From positions 194,524 through 258,523 of the forward strand of contig JBAZJY010000003.1 in NCBI GenBank assembly GCA_041651115.1: a stretch of 64,000 nt of DNA. The letters run 5' to 3'. A program made the translations under genes and the position numbers. The stretch comes from Candidatus Omnitrophota bacterium (GTDB taxonomy: Bacteria > Omnitrophota > Gorgyraeia > Gygaellales > Profunditerraquicolaceae). The notes under the pieces are model-generated. The model had not been told where the DNA came from and searched no databases. It saw only the letters and a program-made list of their open reading frames with translations. Each line of letters begins with the position of its first letter. Within the stretch, counting starts at the first letter, position 1. Below, in pieces: positions 20,033-29,209 of the stretch.

Positions 20033-20115
20033 CTCCTGAGTTAGATAATCTTACTATGCTTGGTGGCACTTTCGCTCACTGCGCGGCTTGTCGCCGCGCG
20101 GTCGTTCGCTCAAGT

Positions 20116-20150
20116 ACCACCAAATTTTTGCTTGTCGCAAAAATTTGGTG
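20116..20150 (-). terminator. Perfect 15-bp-stem hairpin (ccaccaaatttttgc ttgtc gcaaaaatttggtgg) overlapping and following the tmRNA 3' end; a probable terminator
   Basis: Inverted repeat seen directly in the sequence; a second GC hairpin (gcgcggc ttgtc gccgcgc) at 20086-20104 shares the same loop. Confidence 0.5.
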
Positions 20151-20550
20151 GAGGTGGCGGCATTGAAGCCGCGTCCCTAAGTAGACAAGTAAAAGCCGCT
20201 ACATGCTTAGCCCCGCATTTTTACCTTGCGTTTGCAACTCCTGCGGGGCAGGATTTACAAACCGCAGCCCTTAGAGCTCCTCGCCCCGGCAACAAAGGCC
20301 AATTTGCCGAGGCCAGCCTGCTAAGTGCTCTATTTCATCCCACAGGCAGGACGAATAGAGGCTTCACGCTTAATTAAGCGCGAAGGCTGGTATGAACGCT
20401 GGTCTCGCGGTTAAAGGCGAAACCATTGTTCCCGCTAAACGGTTGCTTGTGTTTGCGTTTATATTGTGCAAGGATTGTTAACGCGGCCTACCCTGCGTCC
20501 GCGGCATGCTGCTCTTACCCGACTATCTTAAGTCGAGCCCTTTCACCCCC
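20146..20550 (-). ncRNA. ssrA: tmRNA (ssrA) immediately downstream of smpB
   Basis: 5' end GGGGGUGAAAGGGCUCGAC...GCAUGCCGCGG (PK1-like). 3' end GGACGCGGCUUCAAUGCCGCCACCUCCACCA, close to the E. coli tmRNA terminus. The acceptor pairs GGGGGUG/CACCUCC, including a G3.U70 wobble. The resume region AUAAACGCAAACACA resembles E. coli AUAGUCGCAAACGAC; the candidate tag reading frame is ANTSNRLAGTMVSPLTARPAFIPAFALN*, which is uncertain. Confidence 0.8.
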
Positions 20551-20585
20551 ATATAAAATTCCAAATTCCAAGCACCAAATTACAA

Positions 20586-21047
20586 TTATCTCTTATTCCT
20601 TCTCGCCTTCATGACCCGGCGCAGTTCGCGGTCGGTTTCCCGGCGCTTGATATCCTGCCGTTTGTCATAAAGCTTTTTTCCTTTACAAAGAGCAAGTTCT
20701 ACTTTGGCAAACCCGCGGTCATTAAAATAAACCGACAGGGGAACTAACGTAAAACCTTTTTGATTGATCTTAGTGCTTAACCGCTCAATCTCTGCTTTAT
20801 GCATCAAGAGCTTGCGCGGCCGCACGCTGACTACATTTAGGTAACTTGCCTGTTCGTAAGGGCTTATATGCGCGTTATAAAGAATGACTTCGCCCTTATC
20901 AATGTGAGCAAAACTGTCTTCAAGGGTAATTTTACCTGCACGGATTGACTTTACTTCGCTTCCCTTTAGCTCTATGCCGCACTCAAACCTTTCTAAAACT
21001 TCATAGTCGCGAAAGGCTTTGCGGTTGGTATTGACAGGCTTGCTCAT
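20586..21047 (-). CDS. smpB: SsrA-binding protein
   Basis: 153 aa; typical SmpB sequence with a basic C-terminal tail. Confidence 0.9.
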   Translation of the reverse strand: MSKPVNTNRKAFRDYEVLERFECGIELKGSEVKSIRAGKITLEDSFAHIDKGEVILYNAHISPYEQASYLNVVSVRPRKLLMHKAEIERLSTKINQKGFTLVPLSVYFNDRGFAKVELALCKGKKLYDKRQDIKRRETDRELRRVMKARRNKR

Positions 21048-22000
21048 TTTACCACGTTAAGCGCAAAAAACAAACTTAAAAAAAACGGTAGGCTGATTAT
21101 GCCGACGATATGCGTAAACAAAACGCCTTGGTTGATCAAAAGATCCTCTTTTTTATAATGCCGGATGATCAACGACAAGTTTGTTGCCGAAGGCACTGCC
21201 AATTCCATCACGATCAGCAGCCCGATCAATTCCGGCAGCTTGAGTATAAGCACAAGGGCCAAGCCTAAAGCCGGCAAGATGATCATTTTTACCAGGACAG
21301 CCAGGAACATGGCTTTTTTGACAACCTTCCTTAAGGATATCTGGGCAAGGCTTCCGCCTACTACGATCATTGACAGCGGAATAGTGCAATTGCCCACTGC
21401 CTTTAAAGGCGCGATCACAAAATCCGGGATAAATTTGTTTAAACCTAAAAAGACCACTAGCAGGCTGAATAACGTCGCGATCACCGGCGGGCTAAACAGG
21501 CTTCCCAATTCAAATTTCTTAGTCCTGTCAAACGACAGCAGGTGCACTCCAAACGACCAGATCACCAGGTTAAAACCCAGGAGGAATAAAAATAAATAAA
21601 TAAACATTGGTTCGGCTTTATCCGCAGGTAATATGCCGGCGATCAGCGCCAGCGGCAAATAACCTGAATTCTGAAAAGCAGTCAGGCCGAGAAACTGCTT
21701 TTTATGTTCCTCTCCCTGGATGAATCTGATGAATAACGACCCGATGGCATATCCAACCAGCGTAATCGCGATGCTCAATAACGGAAAAATCCACCAGTCG
21801 GCATATTGCGCAAAGCTGAAATCCTTGATCAGCTGGCAAAAGATCAAGACCGGCAGTGTCAACTCTACGGTCATCCGGCTGATTGTGCCTATGCCTTCGT
21901 AATCTAAAACGCGCCTTTTCACCAGAAAATAGCCGATCCCCGCCATCAGGATTACCTGGATCACCGCGCTGACCGTGGTCATAACAGATTCTAAAAACAT
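21044..22000 (-). CDS. AEC (auxin efflux carrier-like) family permease
   Basis: 318 aa; about 10 TM helices with a family-typical profile. Confidence 0.6.
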   Translation of the reverse strand: MFLESVMTTVSAVIQVILMAGIGYFLVKRRVLDYEGIGTISRMTVELTLPVLIFCQLIKDFSFAQYADWWIFPLLSIAITLVGYAIGSLFIRFIQGEEHKKQFLGLTAFQNSGYLPLALIAGILPADKAEPMFIYLFLFLLGFNLVIWSFGVHLLSFDRTKKFELGSLFSPPVIATLFSLLVVFLGLNKFIPDFVIAPLKAVGNCTIPLSMIVVGGSLAQISLRKVVKKAMFLAVLVKMIILPALGLALVLILKLPELIGLLIVMELAVPSATNLSLIIRHYKKEDLLINQGVLFTHIVGIISLPFFLSLFFALNVVK

Positions 22001-22112
22001 AATTTACCTCTTATTTAGACGATTCGCAGGGCTATATTATAACAGCAAAATAATACAGCAGCAATTCTTTATTTGACAGAATCAGGCGAGTAGAATATAC
22101 TTGAGGGTATTG

Positions 22113-22195
22113 CGGAGATGGCGGAATGGCAGACGCGCTGGTCTCAGAAGCCAGTGTCGCAAGACATGAGGGTTCAACTCCCTCTCTCCGCACCA
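22113..22195 (+). tRNA. tRNA-Leu (anticodon CAG), class II with a long variable arm and encoded CCA
   Basis: Acceptor GCGGAGA/TCTCCGC, anticodon stem CTGGT/GCCAG with loop CTCAGAA, variable arm TGTCGCAAGACAT, T-loop TTCAACT. Confidence 0.8.
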
Positions 22196-23769
22196 AACTT
22201 AGAGAGAGGGACTCTCTCCGCACCAAACTTAGAGAGAGGGACTCTCTCCGCACCAAACTTAGAGAGAGGGACTCTTACAAAGTAACCGGAATCTTCATCC
22301 CCATCAAGAACAGCATCAGGATAGCGCCTATTAAAAGACCCCATCATCTCACTGCGGATCCCCGGGTCAATAATTATGCTGCTAAAACCCCTGCTTTGCC
22401 CGGCTGCAATAACCCTTAATACCTCCGGCACTCCCAAGAGGCATTCACCAAAATAATAAGCAACATGAATTATCCTTGAGCCGTCCGGCATTAAAAATGC
22501 GCTGGTTTTAGCCAGGGGAGCGATAGATTCAAGATTAATAGGCTCATCGATCCTCTTTACTGCCCCTGCAGTGAAGATAAAAAAGGCCTTCCCTGCATTT
22601 ATATAACTCCTGAACAAATATATCTTATCTTTCCCGCGCTCAATGCCGATAAGCTGCGAGGGATCATGTTTCTTAAAAACAGGCCATGTTTTTTTAAGTA
22701 AATAAGGATAATAAATGATCCCGGAGAGAAGCCGCGGGCCGTCGTCAGTCCAGTGCCAGTATTTCCCAAAAAAGAACTGCGTCCCTAATATTATAATGAG
22801 CAGGACCCGCAAGGCATTACGAAAAAACAGTGCACGTAATTCAGACAACGCTAACCAACCCTCAACCGCCAACCAGGCAATAAAAGGATACAAATATAAC
22901 CAGTATTTAGGCGTAGTAAAAGCGCGCATATAGAATACGCACAAGGGCAAAACGCCTATGCCAAACAGAAGGACCGTAAGCCATCTGCGGCGAGCAATGA
23001 CCCTTGACAGGCCGATAACGGCAGATAAAATTATCGCTACCGGCAGGGCAGATAATAAATTTATGAGAGCGGCGTTAAGCGGCAAAGAGAAAATTGCGTA
23101 ATGTTGGCGCGCCTGATGCATAATTAAGGATATATCCAAACGAAAGGTTTTCATGAAATATATCCACACAACCGCCATGACGATCACAGAAAAAATAACG
23201 TCTTTCAAGCGCCCCTTCTTGCAATAAGCTGCCGATAGAAAACAGGGAAAAATCCAGATCGCGTCGACCCGGGCATAAAAAGCAAGAACCATGGCAATGC
23301 CGGATGCAGGGCAAATAATATTGGGATTATCGGGTAACGAGAGAATATAAAAAGCCAGGCATAAAAAGAAAAATGCCAGAATGGAAGAATTAGGATAGGC
23401 GGCGGAGATGATGATCTCCGGGATAAGCAGGCAGGCAGTAATGAAACACCGGGCAAATTTCCTTGAGGTTAATCGCTTAGCTCCGAAGTATAGTAAAAAG
23501 AGAGAAACTACCAGACATAAAACAGAAACGGTATTTGCTAAAGCAGGCAGAAAATTTAACGGTAATCCCGGCAGCAAATGATAAATGCCTTTGAATAAAT
23601 TTTCATATAACGGCTGGATATTTTCCCTGTATAGCGAGATGCCCTCCATTTTCTTTATTAAGCCGGCTATCCCGGCAAGGACGAATCCGTCATCGCCTTC
23701 AAAAAATGGCGTAATCGTAGAATACAGCCAGTAAGATACGTATGAAAGCAGCGCGAGGAATATGAACAT
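22174..23769 (-). CDS. Polytopic membrane protein, GT-C-like (PMT/ArnT-like glycosyltransferase fold). Its C-terminus runs through the tRNA-Leu-derived tandem repeats, so the true stop may lie upstream.
   Basis: 531 aa; more than 10 TM helices; C-terminal RVPLSKFGAE x3 encoded on the opposite strand of tRNA-Leu and its repeats. Confidence 0.45.
   Translation of the reverse strand: MFIFLALLSYVSYWLYSTITPFFEGDDGFVLAGIAGLIKKMEGISLYRENIQPLYENLFKGIYHLLPGLPLNFLPALANTVSVLCLVVSLFLLYFGAKRLTSRKFARCFITACLLIPEIIISAAYPNSSILAFFFLCLAFYILSLPDNPNIICPASGIAMVLAFYARVDAIWIFPCFLSAAYCKKGRLKDVIFSVIVMAVVWIYFMKTFRLDISLIMHQARQHYAIFSLPLNAALINLLSALPVAIILSAVIGLSRVIARRRWLTVLLFGIGVLPLCVFYMRAFTTPKYWLYLYPFIAWLAVEGWLALSELRALFFRNALRVLLIIILGTQFFFGKYWHWTDDGPRLLSGIIYYPYLLKKTWPVFKKHDPSQLIGIERGKDKIYLFRSYINAGKAFFIFTAGAVKRIDEPINLESIAPLAKTSAFLMPDGSRIIHVAYYFGECLLGVPEVLRVIAAGQSRGFSSIIIDPGIRSEMMGSFNRRYPDAVLDGDEDSGYFVRVPLSKFGAERVPLSKFGAERVPLSKFGAERGS
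22181..22270. repeat. Three tandem copies of a 30-bp unit (ctctctccgcaccaaacttagagagaggga) that begins with the tRNA-Leu 3' end; each unit is a hairpin (ccctctct/agagaggg)
   Basis: Exact tandem copies at 22181, 22211 and 22241; they encode the RVPLSKFGAE x3 C-terminal repeats of the minus-strand ORF. Confidence 0.85.
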
Positions 23770-25671
23770 CTACGGGAGTATCCTCTTATAAGACAGGAAA
23801 CCGCTAAAGCCAAGCGCAGAAAGCGCGAGTATATTTAAAAGCGCATAACGGGGAAATTTCATTGTTACAACGTAGTTGCCGGAATCAGGGGCAAGAAACC
23901 CGGCTTGGCCGTCAACGTCAATAAGGCGGATCTCTTTATTCTTATAGTAAGCGCGCCAGGCTGGAAAGTAATTTGAACGCAACACTACTTTAGCGCCCTG
24001 TTTAACCCCGGATAAGATAATTTCTTTCGCATAAAAATCCTTATCAATTATTTCTGCGCTGCCATTATCATATACGACAGCGCTGCGGGTATCGGAATCC
24101 CTGACTTTAAAAATGATCCAATCCTCATCTTCCCATATTTTCTCAAAAACCCGGGGATTAACGGAAAAATATGCTTTTGACAACGCATCCCAGACAACCA
24201 GATACCTCACCCCCCACCGGCAAAATATCCTGTTTATGTCTTCGACAGCCCATTCGTTAATGGGTTTGCCCCGGAAAGACCCGCTTTCCAGGCTGTTGGC
24301 CCGCCACGGCGTATGGTGGTAGCCGTCGTGAAAATTGGAAAAGAACAACTTTCCGGTTTCCAGCTGCAGCAACGCCATCCAATGGGAATTAGGAATGACT
24401 ATTTTAGTCATATCGCCATGCTGGTTATTTTCCACCGCGATATAACGGCCTTCGAGCGTTTTGATCTTTTCTACCAGCGGCTGGTTGTAGATCTTCCCGG
24501 GCGCATAATGCATGATGCGCCTCGGCGCGACAAACGGATCATAAAACATAATGAATACGGCAGCTGTGATGATCGAAAAGACAAAACGCTTCTTCTCGTA
24601 GCCGATGATCAGGAAGCCGGTTAACAATATCGCCAGAAAAGAAATAGTAATAATATAGTATGCCCTGCTGGTAATCAGAAAAAAACCCCAGGTCTGGAAT
24701 ATTTTCAGGATTATGATCACAGCCAGCGTTGAGACGGCCGGTTTTATCCACGGCTTCTTATTGAGCATATACAGCGCAACAATTAAAACCCAAAACTGCT
24801 CATCCCATGCCCACGCCTTCAGGTTGAAAAACGAACGCAGCAGATCGAAAAACTGCCCGGAAACTACCGCAAGATAATCAGGCGGGATGATCTTATTGGG
24901 AAAATATAAATAATTATCGAGGATAAAATAACCGCGGTACTGCAACGCATAGGCCAAAAATGGCAGCGAAGTAACGAAAACTACCGCGGCCAAATAGCAC
25001 AATTGTTTAAAGTATTTTTTGTTTGGAGAAAATATGAAATCTATAAAGATAAATATCACGCCGTATAAAAACACGCTAAGATGGGTATAGAATAACAGCG
25101 TCATCACCAGCGCCAGCAGGAAAAACGAATACTTCTTGTTGTCTTTTAAACGCGCCGCCATGATCAAAGACAATATTATCAGATCTATGCCGATAAACGT
25201 GGAAACCGCGCCTGTCCTTAAGATCTGTTTAAAATAATGCGTGGCAAAAAACGCAGCCAGCGGCAGGGCGATCAGGGATTTATCGCGGTCCACGCGGAGA
25301 TTTATCTTTACGTAATAATAACAGAGCAGCGGCACAGCCAAAAACCCCAACAGTAATATTAGATGAAAGCCCTGCGGCAGGCCGATAAAAGAAACGGGCA
25401 GGATAAACAGGGAGAGATTAGTGCCGAACTCGGATGCAGTAAAATATCCTCCCAGGAACGAAGAATCCCAGCCAAAATACCCTCCCTGCTTAAGGATATC
25501 CAGCCCCTGTCTTGTCATCGTGAAAAACAACGGGTAATCGTCGGCAGCCGGATAAGAACCCCAGTCTTTCAGGGGAAAACAGATCAGGAAATAAACCAGC
25601 AGAAAGGAAAGACATGCGGCAAAAATAAAAAAGCGAGGGAACTGCTGCTTATCGGGAATTGCCATTTTCAT
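23770..25671 (-). CDS. Large polytopic membrane protein with a C-terminal soluble domain (YfhO/GT-C-like), hypothetical
   Basis: 633 aa; many TM helices followed by a soluble domain of about 200 aa. Confidence 0.4.
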   Translation of the reverse strand: MKMAIPDKQQFPRFFIFAACLSFLLVYFLICFPLKDWGSYPAADDYPLFFTMTRQGLDILKQGGYFGWDSSFLGGYFTASEFGTNLSLFILPVSFIGLPQGFHLILLLGFLAVPLLCYYYVKINLRVDRDKSLIALPLAAFFATHYFKQILRTGAVSTFIGIDLIILSLIMAARLKDNKKYSFFLLALVMTLLFYTHLSVFLYGVIFIFIDFIFSPNKKYFKQLCYLAAVVFVTSLPFLAYALQYRGYFILDNYLYFPNKIIPPDYLAVVSGQFFDLLRSFFNLKAWAWDEQFWVLIVALYMLNKKPWIKPAVSTLAVIIILKIFQTWGFFLITSRAYYIITISFLAILLTGFLIIGYEKKRFVFSIITAAVFIMFYDPFVAPRRIMHYAPGKIYNQPLVEKIKTLEGRYIAVENNQHGDMTKIVIPNSHWMALLQLETGKLFFSNFHDGYHHTPWRANSLESGSFRGKPINEWAVEDINRIFCRWGVRYLVVWDALSKAYFSVNPRVFEKIWEDEDWIIFKVRDSDTRSAVVYDNGSAEIIDKDFYAKEIILSGVKQGAKVVLRSNYFPAWRAYYKNKEIRLIDVDGQAGFLAPDSGNYVVTMKFPRYALLNILALSALGFSGFLSYKRILP

Positions 25672-26540
25672 ATTCGCGCCCTCTTATTACCGGCCGCTGC
25701 CTTCCCGGACGCTATTCTTGCCGTGATCATCCCCGCAAAAGAAGCGGCATTACCTAAAATCATAAGTAAAAATAAATAAGCTGCTTTCCAAAAAGAATAG
25801 GCGTTTTTTCTGCAGCAAGCAAGGTATATCGTAAAGAACTCCCGTATCGTTACGTTCTTGCGCTTCGTCGCCGTATTGTAATTACCATAAAAAAACAGCT
25901 TCTTTAAGCAGGTTACAGCGGCCTTGACTTCCATATGCCAGACCTTAGCGTTATCAAAATAGGCAACGCTGGCAGCGCCGTAATGCCTTGCGCACCTCTG
26001 GACCATTTCGGTATCGCCGGTAACCGGATGTTCCGAAAATTTACCCAGCTCTTTGAAAACAGAAGCGCGCACGGCCATATTATTGGTGTATCCGTAGTAT
26101 TTTTCGCTGATCCGATTAGTAAAGATGTGCCTGCTTATCTCGCGCTGAAACTCCTCAAATAATTTTGCCGCGGCAGAGCATCCAGGACGAAAATAGACGG
26201 CGCCTAAGGCGATAAGGACGCCGGGGTCTTCCATTGCCTTCCGGAACTGGCTTAGCCAATCGCCGGAAACGACGCAATCTGCGTCAGTAAAAGCAATGAT
26301 CTCCCCCCTTGCCATTTGCAACCCGCGGTTACGGGCAACATAAACATTGTGATTGTGTTCATTGAGCAGCTGTATTTCGCTGAATTGCCTGACAAAAGAA
26401 GATGAGCCGTCGCTGGAGTCATTATCAATAAATATCAACTCCCGTTCAGCCTCGGGAAAATCCTGGGCAAGCAGAGACCTGGCGCAATCCTTTATATATT
26501 TTCCCTCGTTAAGAAACGGAACAATCACAGAGAAAGTCAT
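25668..26540 (-). CDS. Family 2 glycosyltransferase (GT2); paralog of 31280..31963
   Basis: SVIVPFLNE...DADCV GT2 motifs; about 70 percent identity to its paralog. Confidence 0.8.
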   Translation of the reverse strand: MTFSVIVPFLNEGKYIKDCARSLLAQDFPEAERELIFIDNDSSDGSSSFVRQFSEIQLLNEHNHNVYVARNRGLQMARGEIIAFTDADCVVSGDWLSQFRKAMEDPGVLIALGAVYFRPGCSAAAKLFEEFQREISRHIFTNRISEKYYGYTNNMAVRASVFKELGKFSEHPVTGDTEMVQRCARHYGAASVAYFDNAKVWHMEVKAAVTCLKKLFFYGNYNTATKRKNVTIREFFTIYLACCRKNAYSFWKAAYLFLLMILGNAASFAGMITARIASGKAAAGNKRARI

Positions 26541-27649
26541 GGCTCAGGGTTCGGCTGATGCACGGACGTACAGGCCATATTGCAATACCAACGGTACCAT
26601 CTTGCTCCGCATCGGTAATAGGCCCTCCTCTTCCTTAGTTTACGGTATTTCCCATTATTCCAGATCGGCCGGAAATCGCCGCCTGAGTATTTGCCCATTT
26701 TTATCCTTCCCTGGCAGCAGCTCATGACTGTCCCGTCGGTCCTAATGACCGTCTCCATCCATGGGTAAGGGCATTTGCCGCGGTAGGGGTTATATTTCTC
26801 AAGATAAGGCATGGCGTAGTTATCTATAGGCAGGCTGAAATCATCCCAGTTGTTGTTTTTTTCCAGCTCCAGTTTTCCGACCATCTTCTGGCAGGAGAAC
26901 CTGATACGGTTGGCATCGGCAAAGGCCTTGGCTTCGGTGAATATCCGGTATGCCTTTTCGGCGATCGTAGAAAGATAGAATTGCCTGTCAAAGACAGCCA
27001 TATCGCAGTTATTAAGGAAAATATCGTTTATCCCGCGCTCTTTTATGAATTCCATGATTTTGAGGATTTCATCAATATTAAAAGGAGAACAGGTAACGGC
27101 AATGCGGATATGGAAACGCGGATTTTTTATCTTCTCCCGAAGGGCTACGTATTTGTCTATATTGGCCATGACCTTGGATAATTGCGCTCCCCGCCTGATC
27201 CTTTCATAAAGCGCCGGGGTTACCGCATCCAGCGAAATGTTCACAAAGAACCCCAACTCAACCAGCATCTTAATGATCTCTTCTTTAGTATTGACGGCGT
27301 TGGTAAATACCAGCGGCAAGAAGGCATAACCAGCCGATGTTTCGATCATCTTCTGGAAATTAACCGCCATGGCCGGCTCGCCGGTAAAAAAGAAATCCAC
27401 CTCCGAAGCATAAGGAAAGAGCGCTTTTTCTATTTGCCGAAACAGTTCAAGCGGCATGTCCTCTTTGCTCATGCGTCTCCTGGGGCGGCACATAATACAA
27501 TTTAAATCGCACCTCTGCGTGGGCTCGACAAAAAGCTTAAAAGGATAAGATTGGAGGATTTCCTTTTTCTGCCGCGCTTCTTCGATATTCAGGATGGCAT
27601 TTTTGTATGCGGCCGTATTTTTGAATTGTTCCGTAGTCAGCATTACCAT
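26537..27649 (-). CDS. Radical SAM/SPASM-domain protein. The start is ATG at 27649 (MVMLTTEQ), with GAAGG upstream.
   Basis: CDLNCIMC (CxxxCxxC) cluster; C-terminal Cys-rich SPASM-like region (CPYPWMETVIRTDGTVMSCCQG). The longer ORF-track start overlaps the ABC ATPase gene. Confidence 0.7.
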   Translation of the reverse strand: MVMLTTEQFKNTAAYKNAILNIEEARQKKEILQSYPFKLFVEPTQRCDLNCIMCRPRRRMSKEDMPLELFRQIEKALFPYASEVDFFFTGEPAMAVNFQKMIETSAGYAFLPLVFTNAVNTKEEIIKMLVELGFFVNISLDAVTPALYERIRRGAQLSKVMANIDKYVALREKIKNPRFHIRIAVTCSPFNIDEILKIMEFIKERGINDIFLNNCDMAVFDRQFYLSTIAEKAYRIFTEAKAFADANRIRFSCQKMVGKLELEKNNNWDDFSLPIDNYAMPYLEKYNPYRGKCPYPWMETVIRTDGTVMSCCQGRIKMGKYSGGDFRPIWNNGKYRKLRKRRAYYRCGARWYRWYCNMACTSVHQPNPEP

Positions 27650-27659
27650 CAAAAAACCT

Positions 27660-28409
27660 TCAGCTTTCCTGCAGATTATTAGATAATTGCTCGTACGCGG
27701 CGACCACCTCCGCAGCTTCTCCCTGCCGGCGAATACAGCCATTATCCAGCCAGATCGCACTGGTGCAGTATTTTTTAATAAATTCCATGTCGTGAGAGAC
27801 CGCAATGAGGGTCTTGCCGGAGTTGGCTATCTTATCAAAATATACCATGGATTTTTCCGCGGAGCTTTTATCAAGGAAACGCAGAGTTTCATCAAAAATC
27901 AATAGCTCGAATAGCCCCTCAAAAAAGACAGTCAGCGCCAACCACTGAATCTGCCCCATTGAAAGGAATTTAAGCGGGGAAAAACAAAAATCTTTCAGCG
28001 CCGCAACCTCCAGAATGGCATCAACCCTGCTTTTAAGGAAATTCCGGTCCATCCCATGCACCGCGCCAAAAAGATAAATATTATCCATGACCGACAGGTT
28101 CATGTTCAGGCCGATCCAGAAACTGAATACTACCGAAGGATCGCATTTGAATTCTACCTGGCCGCCGGTCTTTGAATAGATACCGGAAAGGATGCGCACA
28201 AGCGTGGTTTTCCCGGAACCGTTGGCGCCGATGATCGCCAGCCTCTCTCCCCTGTTAAGCGTAAAAGAAATATCGCGCAGCGCCCAGAACTCCCGGCAAC
28301 CATAGCCTTTTGACGCCAAATGCTTAAGCAGGCCAAAGGTAGTGAGCCTTTCTTTCCGGATGAAGAAACGTTTCGACAGATTATCAACTTTTAAACAAAT
28401 GTTACTCAT
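27660..28409 (-). CDS. ABC transporter ATP-binding protein (polysaccharide/teichoic-acid exporter, Wzt/TagH-like)
   Basis: Walker A GANGSGKTT, signature LSMGQ, Walker B LLIFDE. Confidence 0.8.
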   Translation of the reverse strand: MSNICLKVDNLSKRFFIRKERLTTFGLLKHLASKGYGCREFWALRDISFTLNRGERLAIIGANGSGKTTLVRILSGIYSKTGGQVEFKCDPSVVFSFWIGLNMNLSVMDNIYLFGAVHGMDRNFLKSRVDAILEVAALKDFCFSPLKFLSMGQIQWLALTVFFEGLFELLIFDETLRFLDKSSAEKSMVYFDKIANSGKTLIAVSHDMEFIKKYCTSAIWLDNGCIRRQGEAAEVVAAYEQLSNNLQES

Positions 28410-29209
28410 GCGTTCTCCATCGCCGCATCTTCAAAGAAAATAAATGCCCCGTAGCCTAAAAAGAAAAATAACAGGCCCAGCAATACACTGTGGCCGTAAA
28501 CAAGCATATCCGGGGCTGTTGTGCCGATAATCAGCTCACGGAAAGAAACCAAAAACGGCGTTAAGGGGTTCAGCCAATACACCATGGCCCGCGCCAGGGG
28601 CCGGATGCCCTCAAGGGTATAAAAGACCGGCGTTACAAAAAAGAACAGCCGCGAAAACATCATCCACATGTGTTCTACGTCGCGGATAAGACAATAAAAA
28701 GAAGCCAGGGCAAAACAGATACCCAGGACCATCCCGACGTAAAGGGCCAAAAGCGGAAAGAACAATAAAAAAGAGCTGAATTTAAAAAGCCCGCAAAAAA
28801 TACTGACGATCCAGATGATCCCCATCTCAATCAAAAATTTATAAAGATGTATCGCCATCCCGGAAAGTATCAGGTACTCCCTCGGAATGGTCGAGTTCAA
28901 GACAATCTCGCGGTTATCATAAAAAACCCGCAGCATATACGAAGGAGCAGTCACGAAAAAATTGGTGACAATGACGCCCAAAAGAAGATACAACGGGTAG
29001 AAACGCATGCTTTGACTGAAATGGATATTGAAAATGATATAAAGGACAAGAAATATCAGGCAGGGGCTGATCAGGCTCCAGGACAGGCCAAGGGCGGAAT
29101 TATAATCGTGCACTTTGAAGCTTGCGCGGGTCAACTCTACGAGCAGATAGCGGTTGTACCGGAATACCGTTTTATGCAGCCGCAGGAATAAATTCTTCAA
29201 AGCCTTCAT
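28406..29209 (-). CDS. ABC-2 type transporter permease (Wzm/TagG-like)
   Basis: 267 aa; 6 TM helices; translationally coupled to the ATPase gene. Confidence 0.75.
   Translation of the reverse strand: MKALKNLFLRLHKTVFRYNRYLLVELTRASFKVHDYNSALGLSWSLISPCLIFLVLYIIFNIHFSQSMRFYPLYLLLGVIVTNFFVTAPSYMLRVFYDNREIVLNSTIPREYLILSGMAIHLYKFLIEMGIIWIVSIFCGLFKFSSFLLFFPLLALYVGMVLGICFALASFYCLIRDVEHMWMMFSRLFFFVTPVFYTLEGIRPLARAMVYWLNPLTPFLVSFRELIIGTTAPDMLVYGHSVLLGLLFFFLGYGAFIFFEDAAMENA

Noticed and set aside
20060-20377. 105-aa plus-strand ORF
   Set aside because: It lies entirely antisense within the tmRNA gene.
22181-22270. Possible CRISPR array (30-bp repeats)
   Set aside because: The repeats are perfectly tandem with no spacers, and they derive from the tRNA-Leu 3' end.
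22032-22419. Small ORFs encoding SLSLVRRE and LRTKLRERDS repeats
   Set aside because: They are translations of the tRNA-Leu-derived tandem repeats in other frames.
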